This document shows, one piece after another, positions 50,292 to 64,000 of a DNA stretch of 64,000 nt. The position numbers were made by a program, and so were the translations under genes. Each line of letters begins with the position of its first letter. Positions within the stretch are counted from its first letter, which is position 1. This DNA comes from Eledone cirrhosa (taxonomy: Eukaryota), in assembly GCA_964016885.1 (NCBI GenBank), contig OZ024758.1, positions 7,688,001-7,752,000 of the forward strand, in the 5' to 3' direction. The notes beneath the pieces are model-generated. The model saw nothing but the letters and a program-made list of their open reading frames with translations. It had not been told where the DNA came from and did not search any database.

Positions 50292-52983
50292 AGATATTCC
50301 CTTGTAAAAACAGATGAAACTAGATAATAAAATCTATCAGTTTTTTTTTTTTTACTCAACCATTTCTTTTAATGATACTATCTAACAAACTCTTTTCTTT
50401 AGTTACTCATGAAAACAAAACATCAGTTTATATAAACAGAATACAACAGGCAACAACTAGCTTTTAAGGCTATTTTCACTACTAATGTAGAGTTTAGCCT
50501 TTCAAACCCCATGACAGGGGTCCTTTTTAGAGAATATCTTACAGCTTTCCTGAAACAGTTCTAATCCTGTAGAAGTCATTTCTATAATAAAATAAAAATG
50601 CCTCTACTCTACTAATGTATTGAGTACCTTTTTTTAAATGTGATCATCTCCCGATATACATTGGGAATCCTCCATTACATATACATATATACATACAGGG
50701 TGATCACTGAAAAACTCGTTCGTTTTCAATCTTTTTTATTTTATTTCTTTTGCAGCATCTCTTCTTTTCCACACATAATACTGAAAAAAATCCATTACTT
50801 ATATTTCCAAAAACATAATAAAAAGATAAAAAACCATACACACAGGAGTGAACTATCATTAGAAACCAAGTTTCTTAACCACAGTTACGCCTATGTTCAC
50901 AGATATAGTAACTTCGAAGGAAAACCAAAACACTACAGGATTCTCAGAAAATCAAATTAGATAATTATTACGGAAGATATAGGTTTTATTATGAAATGTC
51001 ACCAGGTGATAATAGATCCTTTATCATTTCTGATGGTCAGTATTCTGTTGTTCAATCAACTGGGGATTCACCTCAGAAATAACAGACATATGTACACTTA
51101 ATATAATTTACAGGCAGAATTAGTGTAACACAGTATGTGATATGGACCTTTGAATTACAGATACAATCCATCTGATGAGCTTCTACACAGTTTCAATCTA
51201 CCTAATTTCACTCACAAAGCTTGGCTTGATCTGGGGTTATAAAAAAGACATATGCCCCAAGATGTCATGCAGTGGGGTTGAACCCAGAGCTCATAACTGC
51301 AAAGCAAGCTTCTTAACCACTTAGCCACGCCTGCATTCACAGCTGTTAAATGTTACTAGATATATATATACCTCTCTGTCAACACAAGACATATGTAAAT
51401 CGCAAATATATTTTGAAATGTAAGGTAACTATGTCATCTACCACCTCAAAGAGTTAGTCTACAATGCTAACATGGGAACTATACCAAATACAATTTTTTT
51501 TCTAGTAATTGAATGCACAAACTGACAAGCTTTTTAACACATTGTAAAATAATCACTACCATCTGGCATTATGCATGAGTGTTCAACAAGAATGCCATTG
51601 AAATTTTCAAATATGATTTTCATATTGTATCAGGAAGTTTTGAAATAAATATTTTCAGGATTACGGAAGAATAAGACATTTTATATTTTCCTAAAACAAA
51701 AAAATTATAAATAAATAAACTTTCAATTTCATTATTAATCTATTACTTCCAATACAGACAACTAATCAATGATTTTTAGACAAGAAGATACAAAAATAAA
51801 AAATGGATCATACATCTTTTGACTTAGGGCAAATGTTTGATCTTTATTATCTGTTTCAGTAAATTTAGATGTGTTTGCATTGGAATACAAACAAAAAGGA
51901 CAATAAATAAATCTTTATTTAACAATACAAACATTATTTCAATAAAAATAAAAGCTACACAATTAAACTAAAATCTTCATAATTAGTTTATTACTTGAAA
52001 TTTAATGAACTAACCTTCAGCTATAATTAGCATTCATAAATCTGATTGGTTAGAAACCATACTATGTAAATATCTTCCATATTATTCAAGTTATTTATTC
52101 CCTGAATAATTTTCTTTTTATTTGTCAGTGTAAAAGATTGTACACTGGTTAGCAGAGTGATTCTCCCATTAATACTCCAGCAAATACAGCGAAAAGTATG
52201 CTTTGCTAATAAGGCTATAATAAAACTGAAACCTATCTGGAGTTTTCTCCCATATTTATTGAAATAATGAAATTGATATTAGTCAATAACTAATATATTT
52301 TTTTCTCCACGTTACAAAATTTTTTCTGGTAGCTTTTAGCTGCTTCCCACATTAAATATATACTGAACTATATATAAAATATAGAGTCTAGAATAGGTAC
52401 ACTGTATCCTATGTGTGTCATAAGAGGTAACTAAAACTATTGGCACTAAGAAGGATATCCAGTTTTGAAACACTGCCTCAAATAGGAGCCCCATAACGAG
52501 TATGTTCAGACTAAGTTCAGACCATTCAGACATGGAAAGGAATGAGCTCTGCCAGGTTTTAAATGACTAAGACACACAGTATATCACTTGCAACCACCCA
52601 TCTGTGGTTAAGGGCCAAAAAAAAAAAAAAAGAAAGAACACAGACAAGACATACAAAATAGCTTTGTAACAATAACATGAAAACATCAATGTGATAGAGA
52701 CTTGAAAAACAACACTACTATTATATGAAAGGTAACAAAAAAACAAAATAAACAAAGCAAAAAAAAGAAAAACGATTTTGTATCAGGAAAACAATGTAGT
52801 GTATTTCAACTGGTGTTGAATTGAAAAAACATTTTTCCGGACTTATTCCTGGCATTGACAATTTTCCGATAATATTTCCTGACCTGGTATTTTTATGCTT
52901 TTTTTCCTGACTTTTGCCAAAAAAATATTGATTTTTCTATGAAAACATATATATATACACACACACACTCACATATATACATG

Positions 52984-53019
<36 letters not shown>

Positions 53020-53048
53020 CACATATACAGGTATATACACATAATTGT

Positions 53049-53256
53049 TGTAAAGTATTCCGAAGGGAACTACAATTAAAATTTAAAATTCAATGCAGTA
53101 GAGACGGTACAGTAATTTATTGAAAAATTAATGGAAGAGCATAAATGAGTTGAGAGAGAAAAACTAAGTAAAATATAAAAGAAATAAGATGGCGTGTACA
53201 AGAGAAACGACCTCACTGGTACAAGATCTTATCCAAAGTCACAACATTTCACCACA
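53049..53256 (-). mobile_element. Possible solo LTR
   Basis: TG...CA ends, minus-strand AATAAA near 53117, imperfect 4-bp TSD TTGT/TTCT. Confidence 0.3.
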
Positions 53257-54205
53257 TTCTTTTTCCTGACATAGATCACCATCAGTTTTCTTTACAAGTT
53301 ACCTTTGAAATTAGATACACTCATGTATTTGATAAGTAGACACTGATAAAATAAGCAACATTATACTGCGGTCAATATAAATATTTTAGTTAAAACCCTT
53401 GAAAGAGATGCTATAATGGAACCAGTAAAAGTACAAGAACACATGTACACACAAACAGACAAAGACCCTCAGTTGTGTCCAAGATATGTCAACCCCCTCC
53501 TCTGCACTCGGTGGAATGTGAGACTATACATAAGTGAGACGAAGAACCCTGGCCTGTCTTGGAGATCAGTAGTCCCGCTTCAGGACTGACTTGGTGTATG
53601 TAGATCCATCCAATTCCTGCTAACTGGCTTGGTGAACATTAAAACGATGATATGAGAGAGAGAGAGAGAGATCAGGATCATACCAGTTTTAAACTAGTAA
53701 GGCCATTATTCAGCAGAGTACTCAATACTCAGGATAGTGAAATTTATAGTAGAGAGTCAGGACCCAATGACTGATCTCTTGGCATTTCAACAACAAATAC
53801 ATACATACACATACATGTATATATTTAGACAAAAGCAAGTACAGAAGGCCAAATATCCAAATTGAAATACTAGTAGAATAAATTCCATCTAAAATCTTTA
53901 AATTAGATATAAAAAACACTACAGTACTTCCTCACTTGTTGATTTGATTCAACTCTCAGAAGATTTTTTTTTTAATCATATTCCATGTGTAATGTAGCTG
54001 AACAGACCAAGCATAATAATCTTTTATGCTCAAATTGGCAATTGACAATTCAACATCAATCATCTGCGAGTCAATCACTATGTGAAGTTCAATAGAAATA
54101 CTATTGAACTGTATTTTATATTTTATTTACTTAGGATTAAATCTAGTGAAGTAATTACATTCATATGAACCAACATACACACTCACATATACACAAACAA
54201 ACTTG

Positions 54206-54236
<31 letters not shown>

Positions 54237-54806
54237 TTGCATACACATAGACACACACAGTAAGACTAATAAATCGAAGTAATATATATATACTGTCGTA
54301 ATAATATATAGAACTTCAGTTTTAGTTGTCTGACTTTTTACAATTAGTTAGCATACAAAGAGAAAACATTTTAAATGTTGATGTAAACACTTAGCAGTAG
54401 TTGAAGATATTCAATAGGAGAATAAAATATTTAAATCAGAACCTATTTGACTAAATTGTATACTGACTAGGTTTGTTATTTAGCTGCTTCTTTTGGACAA
54501 GTTCTTGGCAGTTTGTAAGGTAAAATTGTGTTCTAAGCAATTATATCAATACCAAGTAGAAATTGTTATTAGATACAGGGTTATCCCAATCAAGTGCCCT
54601 CATGTTTACTGTTATAATTACAGCATCTCAGCTGTCCTACCCTCATTCTTTTGGTCCCTATCATCAGTATTTAAGCCGCTGTACCCTCATTCTTCTGGTC
54701 CCTACCATCAGCATTTGAGCTGTTATATCAGGTCCCTTTTAGGATGAAAACAAAAATTCTTTGCTTAAACTTTAATCTGTACTAATAATAAATCTATCTA
54801 TCTATC

Positions 54807-54855
<49 letters not shown>

Positions 54856-54857
54856 CA

Positions 54858-55099
54858 AGGACGAAGAATGGTTATGCCTTCATTACGTTTATTGGTTGGT
54901 GACGCGCGTTTCGCTATTGATCAGCTCATGGTTCGATCTGTATTGATCTGGCCTGACTCTGGAATCAAAAGCTCGTCGGACCTCTGTAGTAGTTATTATA
55001 TTACGCTCTGTCTAGCTGTACACCTCAATACGGACGTGAACCTAAACATTGAGTGCTCACCTGGGTGAACCTACAGTAACTTCAAGTCACACTCCCTGG
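54858..55099. mobile_element. Short (TA)n-embedded element carrying a minus-strand hammerhead
   Basis: Flanked by (TA)n on both sides; homologous to 44786-45007. Confidence 0.75.
54896..54984 (-). ncRNA. Type I hammerhead motif with CCGA core and 60-nt stem II
   Basis: Minus: GGT-CCGACGA-GCTTTTGATT..GATCAATAGC-GAA-ACGCGCGT-C-ACC. Confidence 0.55.
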
Positions 55100-55421
55100 A
55101 TATATATATATATATACAAACACACACCATAGTTTAAACAGAATATGCAGATAATGATGATGATGCAAGTGAAATCACACATACATTAATATGAAGAGGT
55201 CTCAGGCACAAACAATAAAATGAGAACAATCTACTCCTGGGTCTGAAGAAAAGATTGAATACACCAACCAAAGTGCTGTAACTATAACAACCAAGGTAAG
55301 GACACTAGTCTGAATAAACCCCTTCTTTATAATAACTCTGCATCGCAGAACTTCAGACTAAATTAAGACGTTGCTATAGAAATATTTTACGCATCTGTTT
55401 CTGAAACATTGCTACATTAGA

Positions 55422-55603
55422 TACATGGAGCTTGTTTTGGGAGCATCATCTCATTAGTTACATGGAGCTTGTTTTGGGAGCATCATCTCATTAGTTACAT
55501 GAAGCTTGTTTTGGGAGCATCATCTCATTAGTTACATGAAGCTTGTTTTGGGAGCATCATCTCATTAGTTACATGAAGCTTGTTTAGGGAACATCATCTC
55601 ATT
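55422..55603. repeat. 38-bp minisatellite, about 5 copies
   Basis: TACATG(G/A)AGCTTGTTTTGGGAGCATCATCTCATTAGT. Confidence 0.95.
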
Positions 55604-56074
55604 AAAAATTGATATATTTTAACATCAATTTATTTTTTGTTTGTTATCCATGCTGGCATGAGTTATATAGGACTGTCACATATCTTCATATATATCTATA
55701 TCTTCTGTCACTCCAGCACGGTCTTTGATGTACACCAACCTGAAGTCAAACTGCATCACTTCTTCCCATGTCTTTTTAGTTTACTATATAATGGTTATTC
55801 TTCATTATTAACCCTTTCATTACGGTATTTCTAATGAAATACACTCTATTTTAACTGATTAATGAAGAATTAGGAAGAGTTTACTAAAAAAATATTTAAT
55901 TACTAAGATAGTAACTTAACATATGCTTCTTATACTATTGGAAGGTTTTAATTGAAATATATAGGAATTGATTGACAAGAGTCCAGACCCCATTCACTGA
56001 CTGAGTGGGGTGGAGCTCATCAAATTGGACCAACCAAGGAAACAATTTTTTGATTGTTTTTTTCATTGCTGATG

Positions 56075-56350
56075 CTATCTACAACTCCTGGCAGAAAGAG
56101 CAATAGGAAATGAAGTGTCTTGTTCAAGAACAAAACGTATCGTCCAGTCAGGGAATAGACAAAGATAGAGTGAGAGAATGGAAGTGAGGAAGAGACAGAG
56201 GAAGAATCGGTCTGGTACTTTTTTATCGACCTGGAATGGATGAAAGGCAAAGTTGATCTCAGCGAGATTAGAACTCAGAGAACAGAGAGCTGAAACAAAT
56301 AACACAAAGCATTCTATCCAACATTCTAATGACTCTGCCAATTCACTGGC
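56075..56350 (-). mobile_element. Older SINE
   Basis: Head and core homologous to 28033. Confidence 0.7.
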
Positions 56351-56861
56351 AGATTGGTATAAAAATGGTTAGATCTTAACTAATATTGGGGTTGATATGA
56401 TGCACTAAAATGCTTGAAGACAGTGCCCTGGTACATTTGCAGTCCATTAACTAAAACCAATAAAAGATGGATTTTAATTGCAAAGATGAATATAGCAAAG
56501 AAAATAATTGATCAAAAGAGAAATATGTTAAAAATATATCTGTTCTGTGCAGCTTCATTTATGTTAAAGGAATAAAAAGGAAATGTATAGAACATCGCTA
56601 CTTGTGAATGGCTAGCTCTCCCATTAAAGGATCTCATTTACTACATATGCTAAGATTGATTGGTTGCCAGAGATTTTCCTTAGAAACCACATATCCTTAT
56701 GGTATTGCCAAATTGAATCAAGGAAATATCTTCAGAACAAAAAGATATTCTAGCCTTTCAACCTATCACAGAGGCAGCCTAAGTTCATTCATCTATCGAA
56801 TATTGGTATATCTGAAATAGTGCACCCTTTCAACTACATTCTCACTTGCTATTCTTTCAAA

Positions 56862-57046
56862 TAATAGTTTCTGATTTAGGCACAAGGCCAACAATTTATT
56901 ACTGGTACTTTATTATATCGACCCCGTGAGGATGAAAGGCAAAGCTAACTTCAGGAGGATTTGAACTCAGGACATAAAGGGATGCAACTATATGCTATAA
57001 CAAAGCATGTTACCCAACACTCTACTGATACTGCCAATCCACTGCC
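56862..57046 (-). mobile_element. SINE A-related, full length
   Basis: Family match. Confidence 0.85.
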
Positions 57047-58358
57047 CTTTCAAATTAGGGAAGAAGTGAAGCAGTTCCTAGCGGAAATCAAAATGAAGTT
57101 ACAGAATCCATTATTATGTCTACTCTGTGAGCCAGTCCTTTGTCGGTTTAAAAGTTTGTAATGAGATTTTGGGTAAGTTATATATCATAGCTTTAACACT
57201 TTTGATATCAAACCACCTGAAACTACCCATGACACTTTGAGATTATTTTAAAGTGTTTATATTCATCTAAAAGCCTTCAAACATAATTTCATGTAAAAAC
57301 CTTAATAAAGAGAAAGTTAGTTATATTACTAAATCCCTTAGAATTCTTGATCATTTAAAATAATTATTTGAAAAATCGTAGGCAATGTCTTTTATTAGAA
57401 ATATGATGATAGGATTATGGAGTTATTAAAACAATAGAAACTTCCTATAAGGTACTACAACTTCATAGAAGGCCAGGTAACCAACAACGTTAGAAATATG
57501 GCAATGAAAGGGTTAAATCTTTCTATATAGATGTGGGTATAATGTATCCATAATTTATTTAGAAACTACAAAATGAATAAAGATAGAACCGTATATAGTA
57601 TAATAGGAACCATCTCACAATGGTTTGAATAACATTTATTTTGAACAGCAATATGTTTGAATTACTATTTATACTCAAATATAAGCCGAGAAATATGTGA
57701 CCCCCACCAAAAAAAGGAGTGGGTAGGCTTATATATGCTATAAACACAATGTGTTGATTAGCTAACTTGACTTATAAATGGGGTTTAGATTTTGGTTCAT
57801 TTCTCAGAAATAAAATAGTAGTGGGATGGGGGTAGTTTATATTTGAGTATATAAGGTAAATTCCAAAATTTTCATAACCCTGTTAAGAAATGTAAACACT
57901 TCTTCCAATTACCTCCCCTTTCTCTGTTTTCTAATCAATACGTTGTTTTCAATACAGGCATTGAAAAATTTTGCCAACTCAGAATTATAAGATATTTTTT
58001 TGTTAAGTGAATTCATGCGATTAATTAAAAGAAGACATTTTATTTTGTATCAGAAAATTCGTGGACTGTTAAAAAAGATTTCAGAGATATATGTTTACAG
58101 CTTCAAACAATAATATGCCGTCATTATCGTCATCAAAACATTTTGCCAAATCAGAATTAGAAGGTTAAATGAATTCATGCAAATAATCAAATGAGATTTT
58201 ACATTTTTTTTGTAACTGATAATTCATGGAGCATTAAAGAAGATTTTTGAGAGATGTGTGTTTACAGTTTATACTCTAATATACTGATTTGTATTAATAT
58301 ATTCCTTCATCTATGGCTAAAACAAACTAAACTTCACACACATACACACATGCTTCTA

Positions 58359-58590
58359 CGAGGGTCAGCTGAAAAGTTTATAGGCTGACCAAGATACTCT
58401 CATGGAATGACCAAATGAGGTTTATTTTTCAACATAGTCCCTGGAATCAAACAATGCTGTAATTAATAAGAAAATTTGAAATTAATGCATGCAAGATTTC
58501 ATAGCTGTGGCATCACTCTTTCATGCAAGATTTCACAGTTCTAGCATCACTCCCTCATAGTCAGCCAATGAACTTTTCATCCGACCCTTG
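58359..58590 (-). mobile_element. mariner-like MITE
   Basis: TA|CGAGGGTCAGCTGAAAAGTT...AACTTTTCATCCGACCCTTG|TA. Confidence 0.88.
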
Positions 58591-58877
58591 TACTATGGTA
58601 GGCTTATTCATTAGTCTAAATCTAAGACTTAGAATTTTATTTTTAAACCTCAAAATGCCTCTATAAAGTTCAATGAGATCACTATTAGGTAGGTTTCCAT
58701 TAGTGGCCACACGAAAAAAACGTATAGAGATCAGAGGAACTGGAAAAATGACATCCAAATTGATGTGACATGAGCAGAGGAGATGGGAAAACTAAAATGT
58801 TCAAATATACAGAGGATGATACGAATGACACCCAAATCAAAAGAACCATAATATGAACAGACAAACCAAAATATGAG

Positions 58878-59075
58878 CGCCATGGTAAAAAACCACCCAG
58901 TACTCACTGTAAATGAGGTTGGTGTTGGGAAGGGCATCCAGCTGTAGAAATCAAGCCAAAATCAGTTCTGTATGCGCAAGACATGGTCACCTGACCTGGC
59001 ATTGCCCACAACAGGACCTGTCTAACCCATGCTAGCATGGAAAATGGACGTAAAACGGTGATGATGATAATGATG
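58878..59075 (+). mobile_element. (TGA)n-tailed SINE 3' part
   Basis: Family match. Confidence 0.8.
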
Positions 59076-60020
59076 AAACATCTAGCTGCAGGTGATGAAT
59101 AAAAGATACACTTACCACTGATTAGATTAATTAACAGCACAAATGATGTGACACAGTTTTACAATAAAGAAGCAGGGACATTTCATAAACTCATAGTGCC
59201 AAATTATTGACACTTTCCCATCTGATAAGAAATAACTCTGGAAACAAGGAACTTTAGTACCAAAAATGTTGTTGTGATAGAAAACAAGAAAAGGTGTTAC
59301 CCCAAGAAAAAATATGCTACAAATCAGTAATCACAGTCAGCTCCAATGTTGAAATTATCTAATTAAGATGGTGAATATGCACAAACCAGCAGAGACCTCT
59401 CCTCAGGATTTGATGCTAAAGTAGACGTATGCTGATGATATATATATATATGGTATCAGTTCTTCTGTGGCTACATCTTCGATATATACATATTATATAT
59501 ATATATATATATATAGATAGATAGATAGATAGATATAGATATGAGAGAGGAATAATCCTCTCTTATTTTGGTAAGATGCGATAAGCTTAATGTGTTAATA
59601 AAGTCGACAGCATGCAGGAAACGAAGTCCAAGGTATACTTTCTCATTAGTTATGCAAATCACTTGCTTAATATATTCTATGTGCTATATTCTCTCTTTGA
59701 AAGCTAGCCTTCTTTTTTTTTTTTTTTTTGAATGTGTTAAGAAAATCAATATCACTATCTATTTTTCTTCCTGAAGAAATGGCAATCTGCATTTCAGTGC
59801 CACCTAAATTATTGATTATTAATCTTTGACCGATTAATACAGCAATTCCGTGTGCCAGCATCAGGCTTATCCTCATTGAAACATTTGTAGAGATTAAAGA
59901 TGATATTTGGTTTCTTGTTTTATATTAACTATATATATGGAACATGACAAACTGTCCAACCCATGACAGCATAGAAAGTTGAAGAGTAAAAACAATGATG
60001 ATTAAATCCATACATATACA

Positions 60021-60070
<50 letters not shown>

Positions 60071-60073
<3 letters not shown>

Positions 60074-60348
60074 AACAAAAGATGGTTAAAAGAGACGATT
60101 TTAACAAATGGAAACTATATTTATAAAACCATATTTATTTCATTATACATATTTCAAGGACACTAAGTTAAATTATGGTGTGCTTTCATGGTGTCCTTGA
60201 AATATGTATAATGAAATAAATATGGTTTTATAAATATAGTTTCCATTTGTTAATATCGTATTTTTACTCCAATTATTTGTTGAGTGCTTTATATCTGTTA
60301 TACAAATATTTGCTTGTTGTATCCCAACAATTTAAATAGAAATTCTAC
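60071..60348 (+). mobile_element. AT-rich fold-back element between (TA)n tracts
   Basis: Perfect 63-bp arms 60101-60163/60191-60253; right arm starts GTGTCCTT-GAAATATGTA; tail starts TTGAGTGCTTT. Confidence 0.8.
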
Positions 60349-60379
<31 letters not shown>

Positions 60380-60386
60380 AATATAG

Positions 60387-60451
<65 letters not shown>

Positions 60452-60456
60452 GTATA

Positions 60457-60558
60457 CTAACCCATGCTAGCGTGGAAGATGGACGTTAAATGATGATGAT
60501 GACATATATATATATCAACATCATTTAACATCCATTTTCCACGCTAGCATGGGTTAGT
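60457..60558. repeat. Two SINE 3' tails in tail-to-tail inverted orientation
   Basis: ACTAACCCATGCTAGCGTGGAA... / ...TTCCACGCTAGCATGGGTTAGT. Confidence 0.9.
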
Positions 60559-60586
60559 TTAAATATATATATGTATACTATATATA

Positions 60587-60618
<32 letters not shown>

Positions 60619-60619
60619 T

Positions 60620-60768
60620 ATAAACGTGGTTGGTGTTAGGAAGGGTATCCAGCCGTAGAAAACCCGCCAGACAGTCCTATACGAGCAGGACAACCAGTCT
60701 TGCCTCAAGTGGGAAAACTCCCGTCCAAACCCATGCTAGTGTGGAAGATGGACGTTAAACGATGATGA

Positions 60769-60772
<4 letters not shown>
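60620..60772 (+). mobile_element. (TGA)n-tailed SINE 3' part (sister copy 61585-61800)
   Basis: Shared AACCCGCCAGACAGTCC...CAAGTGGGAAAAC segment. Confidence 0.85.
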
Positions 60773-60806
<34 letters not shown>

Positions 60807-60924
60807 ATAATAATAAATTTGAAGACTAAATCCAAAGAGAGCTCGATAAGGATAAATATATATCAAATATATAAGAACCGTTGAGCAAATATTTATTAAA
60901 ATAACAGATTAAAGTTTAAGCAAA

Positions 60925-60962
60925 GAATCGCTGCTTTCACCCTTAACGGGATCTTCTGAAAG
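60925..60962 (-). ncRNA. Decayed hammerhead-like motif
   Basis: Minus: CAGAAGA-T-CCC-GTTAA-GGG-T-GAAAG. Confidence 0.3.
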
Positions 60963-61833
60963 TATCTATATATATATGTATATATGTATGTGTATGTATA
61001 TATATATGTGTATGTGTATGTGCATGTATATATATATATATATATATATTCATACACACACACGTTTTGTGTATTGTGATGATATATAGTTTTAATAATT
61101 GAGCCTACTTTAAAAACTAGTGGTAATATAATCCATTCTAGAGAATTCTTCATAAAACACTGATGTGAAGAGAAACAGAGAAACAGTGGAAGAAGAAGAG
61201 GAGGAGGAAGAAGGAGAAGACAAAGTTAGAGAACGTGTTTATTATATTATTCATCATCACTAGTTCGCTTTAAATGACTGAGAAAACTAGAGATAAGATT
61301 GAAACTAATATCACAAACAAATAAGTTGATGTAATATATTAGCCTTTTGCTCTATTTCAAGATCTATACACTTTGTCTTAATAAACTTTGTTGATAATAA
61401 AATCTAAAGGACAAATGCAAACAGCCAAATGATATGTCAACTGAAATGACATGTATATGTGAGGGTACACCATATTGTTGGTGACTGTATAAAAGATTTT
61501 ATATAAATTTATGTATACACACACACACATATATATATATAAATACACGTGAAAAAATCTATACAGTCACAAACAATATATATAGTCCACGCTGTAATGT
61601 GGCCGTGTAGGCAACACGGTAAAAACCTCCCAGCCCCACACTGTAAATGTGGTTGGTGTTAGGAAGGGCATCCAGCTGTAGAAAACCCGCCAGACAGTCC
61701 TGTGCGAGCAAGACAACCACTCTTGCCTCAAGTGGGAAAACCTCCGTCCAAACCCATGCAAGCGTGGAACACGGACGCTAAACCCGATGATGATGATGAT
61801 ATATATATATATATATATACATATATGTATGTG

Positions 61834-61874
<41 letters not shown>

Positions 61875-61893
61875 GAAAACATTTATAGTCACA

Positions 61894-61937
<44 letters not shown>

Positions 61938-62304
61938 GTGTGTGTGTGTATATATATATATACTCATACATACATACATATATACATGACATGGAAACAC
62001 TTATTTATAAAAAGGTTCTTTAGTTCTTAGATTAAAGTCTACAGATTGTGTATGTCTTAGGAATGTATGGTCAAGTAGGTAGTGTGAATTATCAGCTTAC
62101 AACCAAAACTCTTTAATCATTTCCTTCATCTAGTTGAAATTCATAATTTGGAAATGGCAACTACTTTAAGTTATGTCAGGGAAAATATGTGTTTCACAGG
62201 AAAACAGTTCTGAAAGCCAAGTGGATTGTTATTTATGTTTCATATATATATATCATCATCACCGTTTTACGTCCGTTCTTCCATGCTATATATATATAAA
62301 GTAC

Positions 62305-62577
62305 CAAACCCACACCGTAAAGTGGTCATGTGGGCGTCATGACAAAAGGTTCCTAGTCCACACTGTAAAGTAGTCATGTAGGTGTCAAAACAAAAAGCAC
62401 CCAGTACTCACTGTAAATGTGGTTGGTGTTAGGAAGGGCATCCAGCCATAGAAACCAAGCCAAATTTAGTTCTGTATAAGCAAAACATGCTCATCTGACC
62501 TGGCTTGTATCACAACGGGACAACTCATCTAACCCATGCTAGCATGGAAAATGGACATTAAACGGTAATGATGATGA
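62305..62577 (+). mobile_element. (TGA)n-tailed SINE with an internal about 48-bp triplication
   Basis: CACAC(C/T)GTAAAGT(G/A)GTCATGT repeats. Confidence 0.8.
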
Positions 62578-62593
62578 TATACATACATACATA

Positions 62594-62920
62594 TCATCAT
62601 CATCATTTCATTTTACGTCTGCTTTTTCCCGGCTTGCAAGGGTGGGACGGGAACCGATTCTGGCTTGATTTCTACAGCTGGATGCCCTTCCTAACACCAA
62701 CCTCATTTACAGTGAGTGCTGGGTGCTTTTTTGCCGTGGCGCCTCCACGACCACTTTGCAGTGGAATGATATGAACCCCAGTCCCTATCATCTCATTTCT
62801 ACAGCTGAGTAAACTGGAGCAATGTGAAATAAAGTCTCTTGCTCAAGGAAACCACACATCACCCGGTCTGTTTCCTTGAGCAAGACACTTTATTTCACAT
62901 TGCTCCAGTTTACTCAGCTG
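62594..62920 (-). mobile_element. CORE-like SINE with fold-back 5' end
   Basis: Inverse of 47935-48210; about 51-bp arms 62802-62852/62870-62920. Confidence 0.88.
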
Positions 62921-63108
62921 AGGGTGGGCTGAAAAGCTCATAGGCTGACTACGAAAGAGTGATGCTAAAGTTATGAAATCTTGCATGCATTAGTTTCAAC
63001 TTTTCATATTAATAACTGCCTTGTTCCTTTCTAGGGACTATGTTGAAAAATAAACATCATTTGGTTATTCCATGAGAGTATCTTGGTCAGCTTATCAGCA
63101 AACCCTTG
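62920..63108 (+). mobile_element. mariner-like MITE
   Basis: Family match. Confidence 0.8.
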
Positions 63109-64000
63109 TATATACATTTAAACTTCAAAAGAATCTGATGCCATTTCCCATCTACTTGGTGACTGACATCCAGGGGGTATGTGATATGTGAGAATTAAAC
63201 GGGGAAAAAAATGGAAGTTTTTCTTCTTACATAATGTTTGTTTTTCAATTATTATCAATATAATTCATAAAGACTGTTTAAATGTTTTCTTGGTGTATGA
63301 ATTTAAACAACAGATTATAGATTTATTAGGATCTCTGAACTAGTTGCACATTAAATTGCCTATTTCCATTAATATTTTAAATGTTGTGTATATGTGTGAG
63401 TGTGTATGTGAGTGTGCTGTCACTTGGTCTAAAGTGTCAGGGTCAAGAGGGAGCAAGACATTGAAGGAAGTCAAGCTTTTGTTCATTTCCTTTCCATTAA
63501 CCTATGTGTAGCCAGAAATACCAACTTGAAGTTGTCATTTTGTTCTCAGGTTCTTCTTCCTTTGTCATTCAGCCTCCTACCCCCACCCGTATTCACATTT
63601 ACTTAGATTCCATTTAAAGTCAACAAAATTAGGAATATCTTCTATACCATATTCTTCTGTGTATAATGTGGTCCCCTTTTTGACCAGAAAAATGTCTGGA
63701 AAAGCCTAGTTTTGATATATAAACATTTAGTTATGGTGTATACTGTGCATCACCGAAACAAACAAAGAAAAAGTGTAAAACAACTGTGCTGTATAAATGG
63801 GAGAATATGATAGCAGACAAGAAATACTGGTATTATGGGCACAAGTATGGTTGCATGATTAGTTTCATTATAACTGAGGTTTAATGACACTGATCAGAAC
63901 ATTTGACATGCATATCTTATATATGGTTGACCAAAGCCTTGTGAGTGGAAGCCTGATATTTGGTGATCAACTTAATCCATTGACCAGTTTTAACACCTGC

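Noticed and set aside
50208-50301. Possible minus-strand terminal exon EYLKQLMKNSSETAV
   Set aside because: Weak AAG acceptor, and the sequence is better explained as a hammerhead-bearing repeat remnant
59667-59876. ORF with LAHGIAVLIGQRLI, faintly like UPF0016/TMEM165
   Set aside because: No splice sites, no EXGDKT motif, too short to support

Overview
AT-rich, repeat-saturated animal DNA, most likely an octopod cephalopod. That assignment is an inference from SINE/MITE families recognised by eye and the long (TA)n/(CA)n/(ATG)n tracts; no database was consulted. I find no confident protein-coding exon, rRNA, true tRNA gene or CRISPR array, and all long ORFs in the track come from tandem or simple repeats. 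The window holds more than 20 copies of one tRNA-headed SINE, CORE-like and (TGA)n-tailed SINEs, decayed CR1 and RTE LINE 3' fragments, and piggyBac-like (TTAA), hAT-like, mariner-like and pogo/Tc2-like MITEs. Main points of interest: (1) about ten type I hammerhead-ribozyme-like motifs in short Penelope-like terminal remnants, several folded back into long palindromes centred on ribozyme stem II; (2) four tandem arrays born inside transposons, including 39 x 60 bp in a MITE and 17 stacked SINE heads; (3) repeated SINE insertions at homologous nucleotides; (4) MITEs flanked by about 50 bp and 150 bp target duplications; (5) a CpG-retaining island at about 8.5-11.5 kb that may be a promoter. 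Coordinates of decayed repeats are approximate (+/- about 10 bp).
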